DNA of 64,000 nucleotides. It comes from an uncultured delta proteobacterium. GTDB lineage: Bacteria > Desulfobacterota > Syntrophia > Syntrophales > UBA5619. The notes under the pieces are model-generated. The model was not told where the DNA came from and made no database searches. It saw only the letters and a program-made list of their open reading frames with translations. Every line of letters begins with the position of its first letter. Within the stretch, counting starts at the first letter, position 1. Below, piece by piece: positions 1 to 10,279 of this stretch. Position numbers and translations under genes: made by a program. The DNA lies in contig CAWFOM010000001.1 in the NCBI GenBank assembly GCA_963817385.1, positions 160,001 to 224,000 on the forward strand, given 5' to 3'.

Positions 1-147
1 GCTCCCGTTTGGTCATTTTTCACAATCCACAACCTCATTATATCCTTGACATGCAAGGGCCTTCTTCGTATTCTCCCACTGCACCATAAGAAGATCCGGT
101 CAATATCAAATGGCTACATTGTCAGCAGGTGAAGGACCTCCCGGAAG

Positions 148-1482
148 ATGCGGGGCAACGGTATCGAGGATACATCGGAAGCGCCCAGGCAGGCACTTTC
201 AGTCATTGACGTAGTCGCCCTGATTATCGGGGTGGTCATCGGGACGGGCATATTCAAGACGCCCTCACTCGTTGCCGCCAACACGGGGGACAATGCCATT
301 TTTTTTCTTGCCTGGCTTCTGGGAGGCGCAATTTCCCTGATCGGCGCCCTCTGTTATGCCGAGTTGGCGACGACGTATCCTCACACCGGCGGAGATTACC
401 ATTACCTTGCTCGCGCCTTCGGCAGGAAGGTGGCCTTCCTGTTCGGTTGGGCGCGCATGACGGTCATTCAGCCCGGCTCCATCGCCATGCTGGCCTTCGT
501 CTTTGGGGACTATTGCGCGCAACTCCTGCCGTCCGTGTATACCGCCTCGCTCGGCGCGATTCTCGCCATCATGACCATGACCACCATGAACCTGATGGGC
601 ACGCAAAAAGGCACATGGACGCAGAATCTTCTCACGTCCGCGAAAATAATCGGCCTGGTATCCGTTTTGATCGCCGGGGTGACCATGGCGCCGCCCCTTT
701 CCCCATCCGGGGGGAGCCCGCCCAGCGCCGGTGCCTCGTTCGGCATGGCGATGGTCTTCGTTCTTCTGACATTCGGCGGCTGGAACGAGGCGGCGTATCT
801 CTCCGCCGAGCTTCGCGAAGGGAAACAAAGCATGGTCCGCGCGCTACTGTGGGGTCTGGGCGCCATTACCGCCATCTATCTGCTGGCTGGCTTCTCGTAT
901 CTCAAGGGTCTGGGAATGGATGACATGAGCCGGTCCGAGGTCGTCGCGGCCGATCTGATGCGAAAAGTTCTCGGCGAGGGAGGGGCGAATTTCGTCAGTC
1001 TCCTCATCGCCGTGTCCGCGTTGGGGGCAATCAATGCGACCATCTTCACCGGTGCCCGGTCCAACTATGCGGTCGGCAGGGACTTTCCTCTGTTCAACTT
1101 CCTCGGCCGCTGGCAGGGAAAGGGAAACACCCCGGCCAATGCACTTCTGTTCCAAGGGGCCATAGCCTCGTCGCTGGTACTATTGGGCGCCTTCACCCAC
1201 AGGGGTTTCGTGACCATGGTGGAGTTCACTGCCCCGGTCTTCTGGCTGTTTTTCTTCCTGACGGGTGTTTCCCTCGTTGTATTGCGCATCAGGGAACCGG
1301 ATGCCCCCCGTCCCTTCAAAATTCCTCTCTATCCTCTTATTCCGGTGGTATTCTGTACGACCTGTCTGTACATGCTTCAGGTCAGTCTCGCCTATACGGG
1401 GATAGGGGCGTTGGTAGGCGTGGGTATTCTTTTCATGGGGGCGGTTCTCGCAACATTGCCCCGTATGCGACAAAACGGATAG
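148..1482 (+). CDS. APC-family amino acid permease
   Basis: About 12 hydrophobic segments; GVVIGTGIF and ALCYAELATTYPHTGGDYHYL motifs typical of APC/LAT permeases. Confidence 0.9.
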   Translation: MRGNGIEDTSEAPRQALSVIDVVALIIGVVIGTGIFKTPSLVAANTGDNAIFFLAWLLGGAISLIGALCYAELATTYPHTGGDYHYLARAFGRKVAFLFGWARMTVIQPGSIAMLAFVFGDYCAQLLPSVYTASLGAILAIMTMTTMNLMGTQKGTWTQNLLTSAKIIGLVSVLIAGVTMAPPLSPSGGSPPSAGASFGMAMVFVLLTFGGWNEAAYLSAELREGKQSMVRALLWGLGAITAIYLLAGFSYLKGLGMDDMSRSEVVAADLMRKVLGEGGANFVSLLIAVSALGAINATIFTGARSNYAVGRDFPLFNFLGRWQGKGNTPANALLFQGAIASSLVLLGAFTHRGFVTMVEFTAPVFWLFFFLTGVSLVVLRIREPDAPRPFKIPLYPLIPVVFCTTCLYMLQVSLAYTGIGALVGVGILFMGAVLATLPRMRQNG

Positions 1483-1504
1483 ATATTCCAAAGGAGAAAA
1501 AGCT

Positions 1505-2389
1505 ATGCAGCGTCAGCGAAGAATATGGTTTACCGGGGCGGTCACCTGTCTGGTCCTATTCGGCGCCATGGAGCTCGCCTCATCGGCAAGGGCGCCCGAC
1601 GTTCATTTCATCGCCACCCCCCGGTATGTAGTCAATGAGATGCTGGAGCTGGCCGGTACGAACCAAAACGATGTGGTCTACGATCTCGGTTGCGGAGACG
1701 GGCGCTTCGTCATCACGGCAGCGAAAAATTTCGGCGCCCGCGGCGTCGGTATCGACATCGATCCCGAGCGGATACGCGAAAGCCGAGTAAACGCGAAAAA
1801 GGCAGGTGTCGATGACCGGGTAACGTTCCATGAACAGGATCTCTTCGCAACCGACATCAGCCCGGCGACCATCGTTGCCCTGTATCTCCTGCCCGAACTG
1901 AATCTCAGCCTCCGTCCCCGGTTGTTCAAACAGCTCAAACCGGGAACGCGCATCCTGTCCCACGACTTCGACATGGGGGACTGGAAACCGGATGTGGTTG
2001 AACAATTGGGCGAAAGCACCTACTATTACTGGGTCCTGCCCGCAGATGTGAAGGGTCGATGGCGCATCAGCGCACCGACATTGGGGAAAGACGGCGAATA
2101 TACCGTGGAGGTGGTCCAGAATTTCCAGGAGATCCAGGTAACCCTGCTGACGAATCAGACCAACGCCGCAATTTCCCATGCCAAAATCAAAGGGGACACG
2201 ATCAGCTTTTTCTTGGGAAAAGGATTAGGCAGAAACAAGACGGGGATGTTCTTCAAGGGGAAGGTTACGGGAAATATCATCTCCGGCAATGTGGAGGTCG
2301 AAATCAACCCCTTCTACAGTAATCTTGCGACGGAAGAGGCGGCATCGACCACCGGCAATCATGGATGGACAGCGGTGCGCAGCAAATAA
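1505..2389 (+). CDS. Class I SAM-dependent methyltransferase with predicted N-terminal signal peptide
   Basis: VYDLGCGDGR motif I, GIDID motif; basic plus hydrophobic N-terminus ending ARA; GGAG RBS upstream. Confidence 0.85.
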   Translation: MQRQRRIWFTGAVTCLVLFGAMELASSARAPDVHFIATPRYVVNEMLELAGTNQNDVVYDLGCGDGRFVITAAKNFGARGVGIDIDPERIRESRVNAKKAGVDDRVTFHEQDLFATDISPATIVALYLLPELNLSLRPRLFKQLKPGTRILSHDFDMGDWKPDVVEQLGESTYYYWVLPADVKGRWRISAPTLGKDGEYTVEVVQNFQEIQVTLLTNQTNAAISHAKIKGDTISFFLGKGLGRNKTGMFFKGKVTGNIISGNVEVEINPFYSNLATEEAASTTGNHGWTAVRSK

Positions 2390-2458
2390 AAATCCCGTCC
2401 GCGAAAAAATCATCCGGACAACGTCTCGATTGTGGCATAAGAATAAGAACTTTCTTTT

Positions 2459-3493
2459 TCACGGCGGAAGTATATGGAGAAGGTACTCGTCGTACACGAG
2501 CCGTGCGATGTCGGCGATCACCGTTTCCCGTGTGTCGGAGGGCGCTTCAGAACCTTTAACAAACACGACAATTGCAATGTGACCTTTACCATCCGGCAGC
2601 GTAACGAAACCGACATCATTAACGGTGCCGGCGAGCGTCCCTGTCTTGTCTGCAACGATAGTCCCCACAGGTAACCGGCCCCGGATCCGCTTCAGTCCGG
2701 TTGTGCTGCGCTCCATCATGGGAAGGAGCATTGATCGTGCCGATCCGCTTACACCGTCCTCCCGCCAGATCTTGCACAAGAGCCCCAGCATTGCAACTGG
2801 GGTTGCCTGATCTCTTGGGTCAGCATCATATGCAGGATTCGCCCGATAGACTTTTGCGCGGCGTGCCGAAGCCTGTTTGGACGACATCCGCCTGAATTGA
2901 TCCGCCAAAGATATTGTCGACGATACCGGAGCGGGGATCGACAAGACATCCCGGAGCAGCTCCCGCATATATCGAGCAGGATAGATTTCCTTCAAACCCA
3001 GGGCTTGCAGATAGGCATGGACAGCTGCCGGTCCCCCGGCTACCCGATAAAGAACATCGGTAGAGGTGTTATCACTCTTCGTGATCATGGGATCGAGGAG
3101 ATCGGCAGCAGAGAATGAAAGCCCGGGGCGCCAATGATTATCTCCAAGCGGGCCTCCCGGCGCCAACTCCGAACGCTTCACGGGTATACGAGATGCAAGG
3201 TGTATCTGTCCCTTATCTGCCAAGTCGAGGATCTTTGCCGCGACGGCTACCTTTACCGTGCTGGCCATAGGGAAGAACTCGTTTCCATTGTGGTCGATCT
3301 TGCGTCCGGTTTCCAGATGGATGGCAGCGGCGCCTACCGTTCCCTTGGCGGCCTTTCCGATACGTCCGATCTCGGCAACGACTGTACTCGTCTGAGGGCT
3401 TTGTGTCTCTTCATCCCATGCCGGAGATTGCCCTACAGTCACGAGTGTAGAAAGAATCAGCCAACAGACCAAAATAAATCGTTGTCCCATCAA
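2459..3493 (-). CDS. Class A serine beta-lactamase homolog with atypical omega loop
   Basis: FPMASTVK (SxxK), SDN, DKTGT, NDVG motifs; signal peptide. Confidence 0.85.
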   Translation of the reverse strand: MMGQRFILVCWLILSTLVTVGQSPAWDEETQSPQTSTVVAEIGRIGKAAKGTVGAAAIHLETGRKIDHNGNEFFPMASTVKVAVAAKILDLADKGQIHLASRIPVKRSELAPGGPLGDNHWRPGLSFSAADLLDPMITKSDNTSTDVLYRVAGGPAAVHAYLQALGLKEIYPARYMRELLRDVLSIPAPVSSTISLADQFRRMSSKQASARRAKVYRANPAYDADPRDQATPVAMLGLLCKIWREDGVSGSARSMLLPMMERSTTGLKRIRGRLPVGTIVADKTGTLAGTVNDVGFVTLPDGKGHIAIVVFVKGSEAPSDTRETVIADIARLVYDEYLLHILPP

Positions 3494-3734
3494 TTTCTCC
3501 GACTTCAGAAAGGAGCCAATGTATCACCCGATCCCGTATCTGTAGCCTAATCTCATACAGGCGCATAAATTTATGCAGCCACCCGCGCGATCACAGGGGC
3601 AGTTTGTAAAATATTAATTTTCGCGCATGGAAAAGATTTTGTCATGGCTTTATTGCCAGAATTGGAATTGGTCTGCAAAAGAGATTAATACAGAGTATAA
3701 TATTTTACCCCGCATATTTGGAAGGAAAATTTTT

Positions 3735-5759
3735 ATGAGCCCTAACATTGTTCGTTCCGTCTGCCCCTACGATTGTCCTGATACCTGCGGCCTGCTGGTA
3801 GAGGTGGAAGACGGCCGCGCCGTGCGCGTTTCCGGCGATCCCGCCCATCCCCTGACCCGCGGCCTGCTCTGCCCCAAGATGAACCACTACGAGCGCACGG
3901 TCCACTCGCCGCGCCGCCTGACGACCCCGCTGGTGCGAACCGGCCCCAAGGGAGAAGGGCGGTTCGAACCGCTTTCCTGGGATGAGGCGGTCGAACGCAT
4001 CTGTTCCCGCTGGAAGGGCCTGATCGCCGGCTACGGGGGCGAATGCGTCCTGCCCTATTCTTTTGCCGGCACCATGGGGCTGGTGCAGCGGAACAGCGGC
4101 CATCCCTTTTTCCACAAGCTGGGCGCTTCCCGCCTGGAGCGGACCATCTGCTCTCCGGCCAAGGACGCGGGCTGGAAGGCGATCATGGGAGACACCGCGG
4201 CCATGGATCTGGCGGAGATGGAACAGAGCGACCTGGTGATCCTGTGGGGGATCAACGCCGCCGCCACCAGTATCCACGTCATGCGAGACGCCCTGGCCGC
4301 CCGGCGGTGCGCCGCCCGCTTGTGGGCGATCGATACCTATCGCACGCCGACGTGCGAGAAGGCGGACGAGGCCTTCATCGTGCGCCCCGGCGGCGACGGC
4401 GCCCTGGCCCTGGGAATGATGCACGTCATGGTCCGCGAGGGACTGGCGGATCGGGCCTTTATCCGGGACAACGTCCTCGGGTTCGAGGAGTTCGCCGAAC
4501 GGGTGCTGCCCGATTGCGCTCCGGAGCGGATGTCGCCGGTCTGCGGCCTGCCCGCCGCCGTGATCGAACGCATGGCGCGGGAGTATGCAGCCGCAAAGGC
4601 GCCCTTCATCCGCCTGGGGAGCGGCCTGACCCGCTACGGCAACGGCGCCATGACCGTCCGCACCGTCGTCTGCCTGCCCGCCCTCAGCGGGGCGTGGCAG
4701 CGGCCCGGCGGCGGCGTCTTCACCGGCACATCCACCGGGGATGCCTTCCCGCTCAACCGGGTCACGCGGGAGGACTTCATGGAGCGGCCGACGCGCCTGG
4801 TGAGCATGAATCAACTGGGCGCGGCCCTCACCGAACTTAGCGATCCGCCCGTCATGTCCCTGTATGTCTACCACTCCAATCCGGCCGCCGTGACGCCCGA
4901 CCAGAACGCCGTCATCAGAGGCCTTGAGCGCGACGACCTGTTCACCGTGGTGCACGAGCGTTTTCTCACCGATACGGCCCGGTATGCCGACATCGTCCTG
5001 CCGGCCACCTCATCCCTGGAGCAGCCCGACCTGTACCGCTGCTACGGCGGCTACCACAGCCAGCGCTGCGCCGCCGCCATACCGCCGGTGGGGGAGGCAA
5101 AAACCAACTGGGAGACGTTTTCGCTCCTGGCCGCCGGCATGGGATGGGACGAACCCTTCTTCCGGCAGTCGGCCGATGACCTCGTGGAGCAGCTCCTCGA
5201 TTTCGACACCCCCTGGCGGGATGCCGGGACGACCCGGCGCCTGCGGGAGGGCGAGCCGGTGCTCTTGACGCCACCGTCAAAGTCCAAGTGCGACTGGAAA
5301 ACCCCCTCCGGCCGGATCGAAATCCGCAACAACCGCGAGCCGGAGCCCATGCCGCGGCTGCGTGCCACCCACGCCGCGGGGGACGGCTTTCCTCTGCGCA
5401 TGCAGCCGGCAACCACACCCTATGCCCTTAATTCCAGCTTTTACGAGCAGGATGACCTGCGGGAGAAACAGGAGTGCATGGCGCTGATGATGCACCCGCG
5501 GGATGCGGCGGCGCGGGGGCTGGCAGATGGCCGGCGAGTGACGGCGTATAACGGCTTCGGCGAGGTGGAATTTGTCCTGAAGATCACCGAGCGGGTACCC
5601 GTGGGAACGGTAGTCACGGAAGGCGTCTGGTGGCGCGAGTTCATTCCCGGCCGGCGCGGGGTGAATGCCTTGACCTCCCAGCGTCTGACCGACGGCGGAC
5701 GGGGGAGCACGTTGTACGATGTGGCGGTGGAGGTGCGGGGAAAAGCGGAGTGCGAATGA
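3735..5759 (+). CDS. Molybdopterin (Mo-bisPGD) oxidoreductase, BisC/YyaE-like
   Basis: CPYDCPDTC...LCPK Fe-S motif, WDEA, TDTARYADIVLPA, C-terminal MHPRDAAARGL molydopterin-binding domain; ATG at 3735 after AAGGA. Confidence 0.9.
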   Translation: MSPNIVRSVCPYDCPDTCGLLVEVEDGRAVRVSGDPAHPLTRGLLCPKMNHYERTVHSPRRLTTPLVRTGPKGEGRFEPLSWDEAVERICSRWKGLIAGYGGECVLPYSFAGTMGLVQRNSGHPFFHKLGASRLERTICSPAKDAGWKAIMGDTAAMDLAEMEQSDLVILWGINAAATSIHVMRDALAARRCAARLWAIDTYRTPTCEKADEAFIVRPGGDGALALGMMHVMVREGLADRAFIRDNVLGFEEFAERVLPDCAPERMSPVCGLPAAVIERMAREYAAAKAPFIRLGSGLTRYGNGAMTVRTVVCLPALSGAWQRPGGGVFTGTSTGDAFPLNRVTREDFMERPTRLVSMNQLGAALTELSDPPVMSLYVYHSNPAAVTPDQNAVIRGLERDDLFTVVHERFLTDTARYADIVLPATSSLEQPDLYRCYGGYHSQRCAAAIPPVGEAKTNWETFSLLAAGMGWDEPFFRQSADDLVEQLLDFDTPWRDAGTTRRLREGEPVLLTPPSKSKCDWKTPSGRIEIRNNREPEPMPRLRATHAAGDGFPLRMQPATTPYALNSSFYEQDDLREKQECMALMMHPRDAAARGLADGRRVTAYNGFGEVEFVLKITERVPVGTVVTEGVWWREFIPGRRGVNALTSQRLTDGGRGSTLYDVAVEVRGKAECE

Positions 5760-5816
5760 GCTAGGCGACGCGTAGTGGACGGCCAGGGTGAGGCCGTGGG
5801 TAAGGATGACCAGACG

Positions 5817-7787
5817 ATGACCCACAAAGAACGAATCCGCAAAGCGATCCGGGGCGAGATGGCCGACCGCATCCCCTATGTTCCGAGGCTGGATTTGTGG
5901 CACAACGCCAACGCCCTCGCCCAAACCCTGCCGGAAAGGCACCGGGGAAAGGGCCCGGATGAGATCTGCCGCGCCGAGGGATGGGCTTTGCACAAGGGCG
6001 TTCCCGATTTCGCCAACCAGCCGGAACCGGACGCGATGCTTCACCGGGCATTGGGGATCTTCGCCCTCCGGGAGCAGGTGTTCCGCGCCTCGCTTTCGCC
6101 GAAGGTGGGGATCCGTGTCCAGCGGGAAGGGGAACGCACAACCGTCGAATACCATACCCCCCGGGGGGTCGTGCGGACCATCACGGTGTACAGCGAGGAG
6201 ATGAAAAAAGCGGGTATCTCCATCCCCTGGATTGCCGAACACGCCATCAAAAAACGGGAAGACTACGCGATCGTGGCCTGCCTGTTCGAAAATGTGGACC
6301 TGGTTCCCCGCTATGAAGCGTTTGGAAGGCTGCAACAGGAGATCGGCGAGGATGGGATGCCGACCGCCTTCTTCACCGGCTGCGCTTCGCCGGTTCACCA
6401 CATCCAGAAGCAGTTTCTCGACCCCACGGAGTTTTACTTTCATTACAACGATTATCAGAAAGAGATGCAGGATCTGGCCGAGAGCATGGCGCCGTTCTAC
6501 GACAAGGCCCTGCAATTGATCGCCGCCTCGCCTGCCGAAGTAGTTTCCTGGGGAGGAAACTACGATGAGATGGTCACCTACCCCCCCTATTTTGCAAAAG
6601 AGCTGCTCCCCTGGATCCGAAAGGCGGCCGACGTCATGAGGGGGCGCGGGAAGTATGTCTCCTGCCATTGCGACGGGGAGAACGAGGGGCTGATGGACCT
6701 GATCCGGGATTCGGGGATGCACGTAGCCGAGGCCGTCTGCCCGGCGCCGATGACGAAGGTGACGATCGATGAGTATTACCGCCGCTGGGCGGACAAGCTG
6801 ACGATCTTCGGGGGAATCCCCTCGACGCTGCTCTTGCGGGAGTCAACCACCGACGGGGAGTTCGAAGGGTACCTGGATAACCTGTTCAAGGCGGTGGCCC
6901 CCGGCGGGAGGATGATCCTGGGGATCGCCGATACCACCCCCCCGCAGGCGGTTTTCGAGAGGCTGGTGCGGATCGGGGAGCGGGTGGAAAAAGAAGGGCG
7001 TCTGCCTCTGGAGGGTGGCGCCTTTCGTCCGCTGCCGGCCGCGGCAGCCGCCGGGGGAGAGAAACGGGTGACGGCCGAGCCGGCGGGGGATGAGCAGTTT
7101 CGCCAGGTGCAGGACGACGTCCTCGGCGGGGATCAGGTGTCGGTCCGGGGTCATATCCTGGGGCTCCTGGAGCACGGGGCGAAGGCGGATGACATTTTGC
7201 AGCGGGGCCTGCTCGCGGCGATGGAGGTGATCGGGGAGCGGTTCCGGAGCGGAGAGGCGTTCATTCCGGAGGTGCTCTTGTCGGCGCGGGTGATGAACGA
7301 GGCGGTGTCGGTGCTGGAACCGCACCTGACGGTCGGGCAGGCGGGGGCGAAGGGCCGGGTGATGATCGGGACGGTGAAGGGGGACATGCACGACATCGGG
7401 AAGAACCTGGTGATCACGATGCTGCGCGGCGTGGGGTATGAGGTGACGGACCTCGGCGTGGATGTGCCGGTTGCCCGGTTCGTCCGGATGGTGAAGGAGT
7501 TTCAACCGGACATCCTCGGCTTGTCTTCGCTCCTGACGACGACGATGCCGCAGATGAAGCTGGTGATCGAGGCGCTGGCGGGCGCGGGGCTGCGGGACGG
7601 GGTGAAGGTGATCGTCGGGGGTGCACCGGTAAACGAGAAGTACGCCCGGGACATCGGCGCGGACGGCTACGCCCACGACGCCGGCGGAGGGGTGAATCTG
7701 GTCAAAAGGTTCTTGCAGGGGGCATCGACACGGCCGGCGTCAGCTCCGGATTTGGGGGAGGAAAAAATCAGGCCATCGTGTCCTTGA
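5817..7787 (+). CDS. Fusion of UroD/MtaA-family methyltransferase and corrinoid (B12-binding) protein
   Basis: N-terminal UroD-like domain (THKERI, HCDG, FGGIP); C-terminal GDMHDIGKNLV, LSSLLTTT, IVGGAPV corrinoid motifs. Confidence 0.85.
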   Translation: MTHKERIRKAIRGEMADRIPYVPRLDLWHNANALAQTLPERHRGKGPDEICRAEGWALHKGVPDFANQPEPDAMLHRALGIFALREQVFRASLSPKVGIRVQREGERTTVEYHTPRGVVRTITVYSEEMKKAGISIPWIAEHAIKKREDYAIVACLFENVDLVPRYEAFGRLQQEIGEDGMPTAFFTGCASPVHHIQKQFLDPTEFYFHYNDYQKEMQDLAESMAPFYDKALQLIAASPAEVVSWGGNYDEMVTYPPYFAKELLPWIRKAADVMRGRGKYVSCHCDGENEGLMDLIRDSGMHVAEAVCPAPMTKVTIDEYYRRWADKLTIFGGIPSTLLLRESTTDGEFEGYLDNLFKAVAPGGRMILGIADTTPPQAVFERLVRIGERVEKEGRLPLEGGAFRPLPAAAAAGGEKRVTAEPAGDEQFRQVQDDVLGGDQVSVRGHILGLLEHGAKADDILQRGLLAAMEVIGERFRSGEAFIPEVLLSARVMNEAVSVLEPHLTVGQAGAKGRVMIGTVKGDMHDIGKNLVITMLRGVGYEVTDLGVDVPVARFVRMVKEFQPDILGLSSLLTTTMPQMKLVIEALAGAGLRDGVKVIVGGAPVNEKYARDIGADGYAHDAGGGVNLVKRFLQGASTRPASAPDLGEEKIRPSCP

Positions 7788-8673
7788 ATGACTCCTCGAG
7801 CTGGTTGATGGAGGTCTTCAAAAGGTTGACCATCGGGGTAACCGCCTGCACCATTTCGCTATTCGACTGAAACAGCAGGGACGATTGTTCCATGGCCGCA
7901 TGGGCATTCAGGAGGGCGTTGCGGATGTCCGCGATGCCCTCCTGAATGCGGGCCGTCGCGTCACGGGTGTTTTGAGCCAGACGGGCCATTTCTTCCACGA
8001 CGACCGCGAATGCTCGTCCGTGCTCCCCTGCCCGAACCGCCTCAACGGAACCGTTGAGGCTGAGGATATAGGTCTGCTGGGCGATCTGGCGGATCGTCCC
8101 GAGGATCTTTTCGGTTTTCTCCACCTTGTCCGCTGCGTCTTTCGATGTCTCCCGCGTGCGGTCGTTGACGCCCTGAAACGTTTCGCCGGCCTTGGCAATC
8201 TTCTTGTTTAACGTGTCGAGATTGGCGGATACTTCGCGGGCCGTTTTCTGGAGGAGCTCCTGCTGTTGGAGCTGGGCGATCCACGAGGCCAGAATGATCG
8301 CCCCCAACCGGGCCACGGGCCTTGCAACCGCCAGACTCGCCGCGACGCCGAAGGTACCGACGCGGCGTCCTTCAATATAGATGGGGGTGTTGAATCCCTC
8401 CTTCACATTGACGTTTTGCGCTGCCTCCTCGGCCGTCACCGCATAATCATCCACGTCACCCCGGAGAATCATCTGCGAACCGGGGTGTTCCTTGCCGACG
8501 CGGGTCCTGTCATGAGCGACGGCGATGATGCCCCGGTCGTTGCAGACGATGGTCGCAAATCCCGCTTCCCGATGGAAAAACCGCACAAACCTCTCCGCCA
8601 TCTTCCAGAACTGATCCGACAGATTGGCGTTGGACTCAACTAATGATTGTACCATGTTGATGGATTTCATCAT
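7768..8673 (-). CDS. Soluble methyl-accepting chemotaxis protein with CdaR-like (sugar-diacid recognition) sensor domain
   Basis: IAQQTYILSLNGSVEAVRAGEHGRAFAVV signalling hairpin; N-terminal IVCNDRGII...RVGKEHPGS; no TM helix. Confidence 0.8.
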   Translation of the reverse strand: MMKSINMVQSLVESNANLSDQFWKMAERFVRFFHREAGFATIVCNDRGIIAVAHDRTRVGKEHPGSQMILRGDVDDYAVTAEEAAQNVNVKEGFNTPIYIEGRRVGTFGVAASLAVARPVARLGAIILASWIAQLQQQELLQKTAREVSANLDTLNKKIAKAGETFQGVNDRTRETSKDAADKVEKTEKILGTIRQIAQQTYILSLNGSVEAVRAGEHGRAFAVVVEEMARLAQNTRDATARIQEGIADIRNALLNAHAAMEQSSLLFQSNSEMVQAVTPMVNLLKTSINQLEESFKDTMA

Positions 8674-8904
8674 GCCACCTCAAAGAACAAAGGAAAATCT
8701 GCTCGCCCGGACGGCAAGATTCCGGACAAGCACCATGAGGAAACCAAGAGCCGCTTCCGCCGGGGAAAACCGCCGCAAATGACGGTACCATATAGACACC
8801 TGCCCCCGAATGTCAACCGGTATTTGCGTTGGATAAGACAATAAATTGCTATGGAAACCCGGTGGACGGGGGGCACGCTGTGCGAAGTGGAGGTGCGGGA
8901 AAAG

Positions 8905-10194
8905 TCAGTACTTTTGCAGGGCGAGCACCGCGGCCCCCGCGGCGCCGATCAGCCCGATCACGGCCAGGACGAGGAGCCCGGCGAGGTAGGACCCGGTGGC
9001 GGCGATCAGGAAACCGACGACGGCCGGCGCCATCGCCGCGCCGAAGTTGGCCAGCCCGTTGTCGATGCCGATCCCCGTGGCCATGATGGGGCCGGGCACG
9101 ATGCGCTGCATGATGGCGTAGTAGACCGGCGAGCCGATTCCCCACATGATCATCCCCGCCACCATGAGTAACGCGCTGACGACGGGCCCGGGCACCAAGG
9201 CCGCGATCCCGATGGAGACGGAGGCGCCCGCCAGGCTCAGCGTGCAGAGCGCGGCGCGATGGCCGATCCGGTCCGACAGGAAGCCGAACACCAGTGACGC
9301 CAGGAAGGAGCCGAGGTACGGAACCGAGGTGAAGATCACCATCCGGCCCACATCGAAGCCCCGCTCGTCTATCAGGTATTTGGGCAGCCAGGTGATCAGC
9401 CCCGAGTAGGTGGCCAGCACCGCGAAGTGATAGGTCACCATCAGCCAGAAGCGGTAGTTGTGCAGCAGGCCCGACAGGTCTCCCTCCCCTCCCGCCTTGC
9501 CTGCCGTCTCGGCCGCCCGGCCCTCCGTTATGTATGCACGCTCCCGCTCCCCGACCCCAGCCATCTTCTCCGGCGCATCGGCCGTCAAAAACCAGACGGC
9601 GGGGACGGCCAGAAGCAGGATGAAGCCCGCCTGGAGGAACAGCGCGGAGCGCCACCCCCACATCCCGATCGCCAGGGTCAAGAGCGGCATGGCCAGAGTC
9701 ATCCCCACCCGCTGCCCGCTGGTCCAGATGGCATTGGCGCCTCCCCGTTCCGAGGGCGGAAACCAGTAGCGGATGTAGCGGTTCGCCACCGGGAAGAGCG
9801 GGCCCTCGGCGGTCCCCCGCACCACCCGTCCGACCAGCATCAGGGAGTAGGAACCGACGGCGCCCATCCAGATCGCCGCAACCGACCAGAGGCCGGTCAT
9901 GAGAGTCAGGACCTTCCTCGATCCCCAGCGATCGGCGGCGGGACCGAGGAGGATATTGGCAAGCGCATAGGGCAAAAGGAGAAAGGTCATCAAGAGCCCC
10001 TGCCGTGCGGGGCTCCCTTCCAGGCCCATGTCCCGCAGGAAACCGTGGTCGGCCATCAGGAGGGAAATCGCCGCCCGGTCGAAGCCCCCAAGGAGGAAGG
10101 TCATCCAGATCACGGCGACGACCAGGTAGCGGTACCGGCCCACACGGGTCCCGGCGGCGCCTGCCGGCCGCGATTCTCCTGCTTGAGTTTTCAT
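8905..10194 (-). CDS. MFS transporter (anion:cation symporter-like)
   Basis: FDRAAIS, ADRWGSRKV, WFPPSERG motifs; start taken at MKTQ. Confidence 0.85.
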   Translation of the reverse strand: MKTQAGESRPAGAAGTRVGRYRYLVVAVIWMTFLLGGFDRAAISLLMADHGFLRDMGLEGSPARQGLLMTFLLLPYALANILLGPAADRWGSRKVLTLMTGLWSVAAIWMGAVGSYSLMLVGRVVRGTAEGPLFPVANRYIRYWFPPSERGGANAIWTSGQRVGMTLAMPLLTLAIGMWGWRSALFLQAGFILLLAVPAVWFLTADAPEKMAGVGERERAYITEGRAAETAGKAGGEGDLSGLLHNYRFWLMVTYHFAVLATYSGLITWLPKYLIDERGFDVGRMVIFTSVPYLGSFLASLVFGFLSDRIGHRAALCTLSLAGASVSIGIAALVPGPVVSALLMVAGMIMWGIGSPVYYAIMQRIVPGPIMATGIGIDNGLANFGAAMAPAVVGFLIAATGSYLAGLLVLAVIGLIGAAGAAVLALQKY

Positions 10195-10279
10195 CTGCGA
10201 CCCACGCTCATCACGCGTCACCCCACCGCGCCGATCAGGGGAACAAGGAGAGAGAATCCTTCCGAAGGAAGGCGAGCTT

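Noticed and set aside
3663..3676. Sigma54 promoter upstream of the Mo-oxidoreductase
   Set aside because: GG-to-GC spacing is 9 nt rather than the required 10
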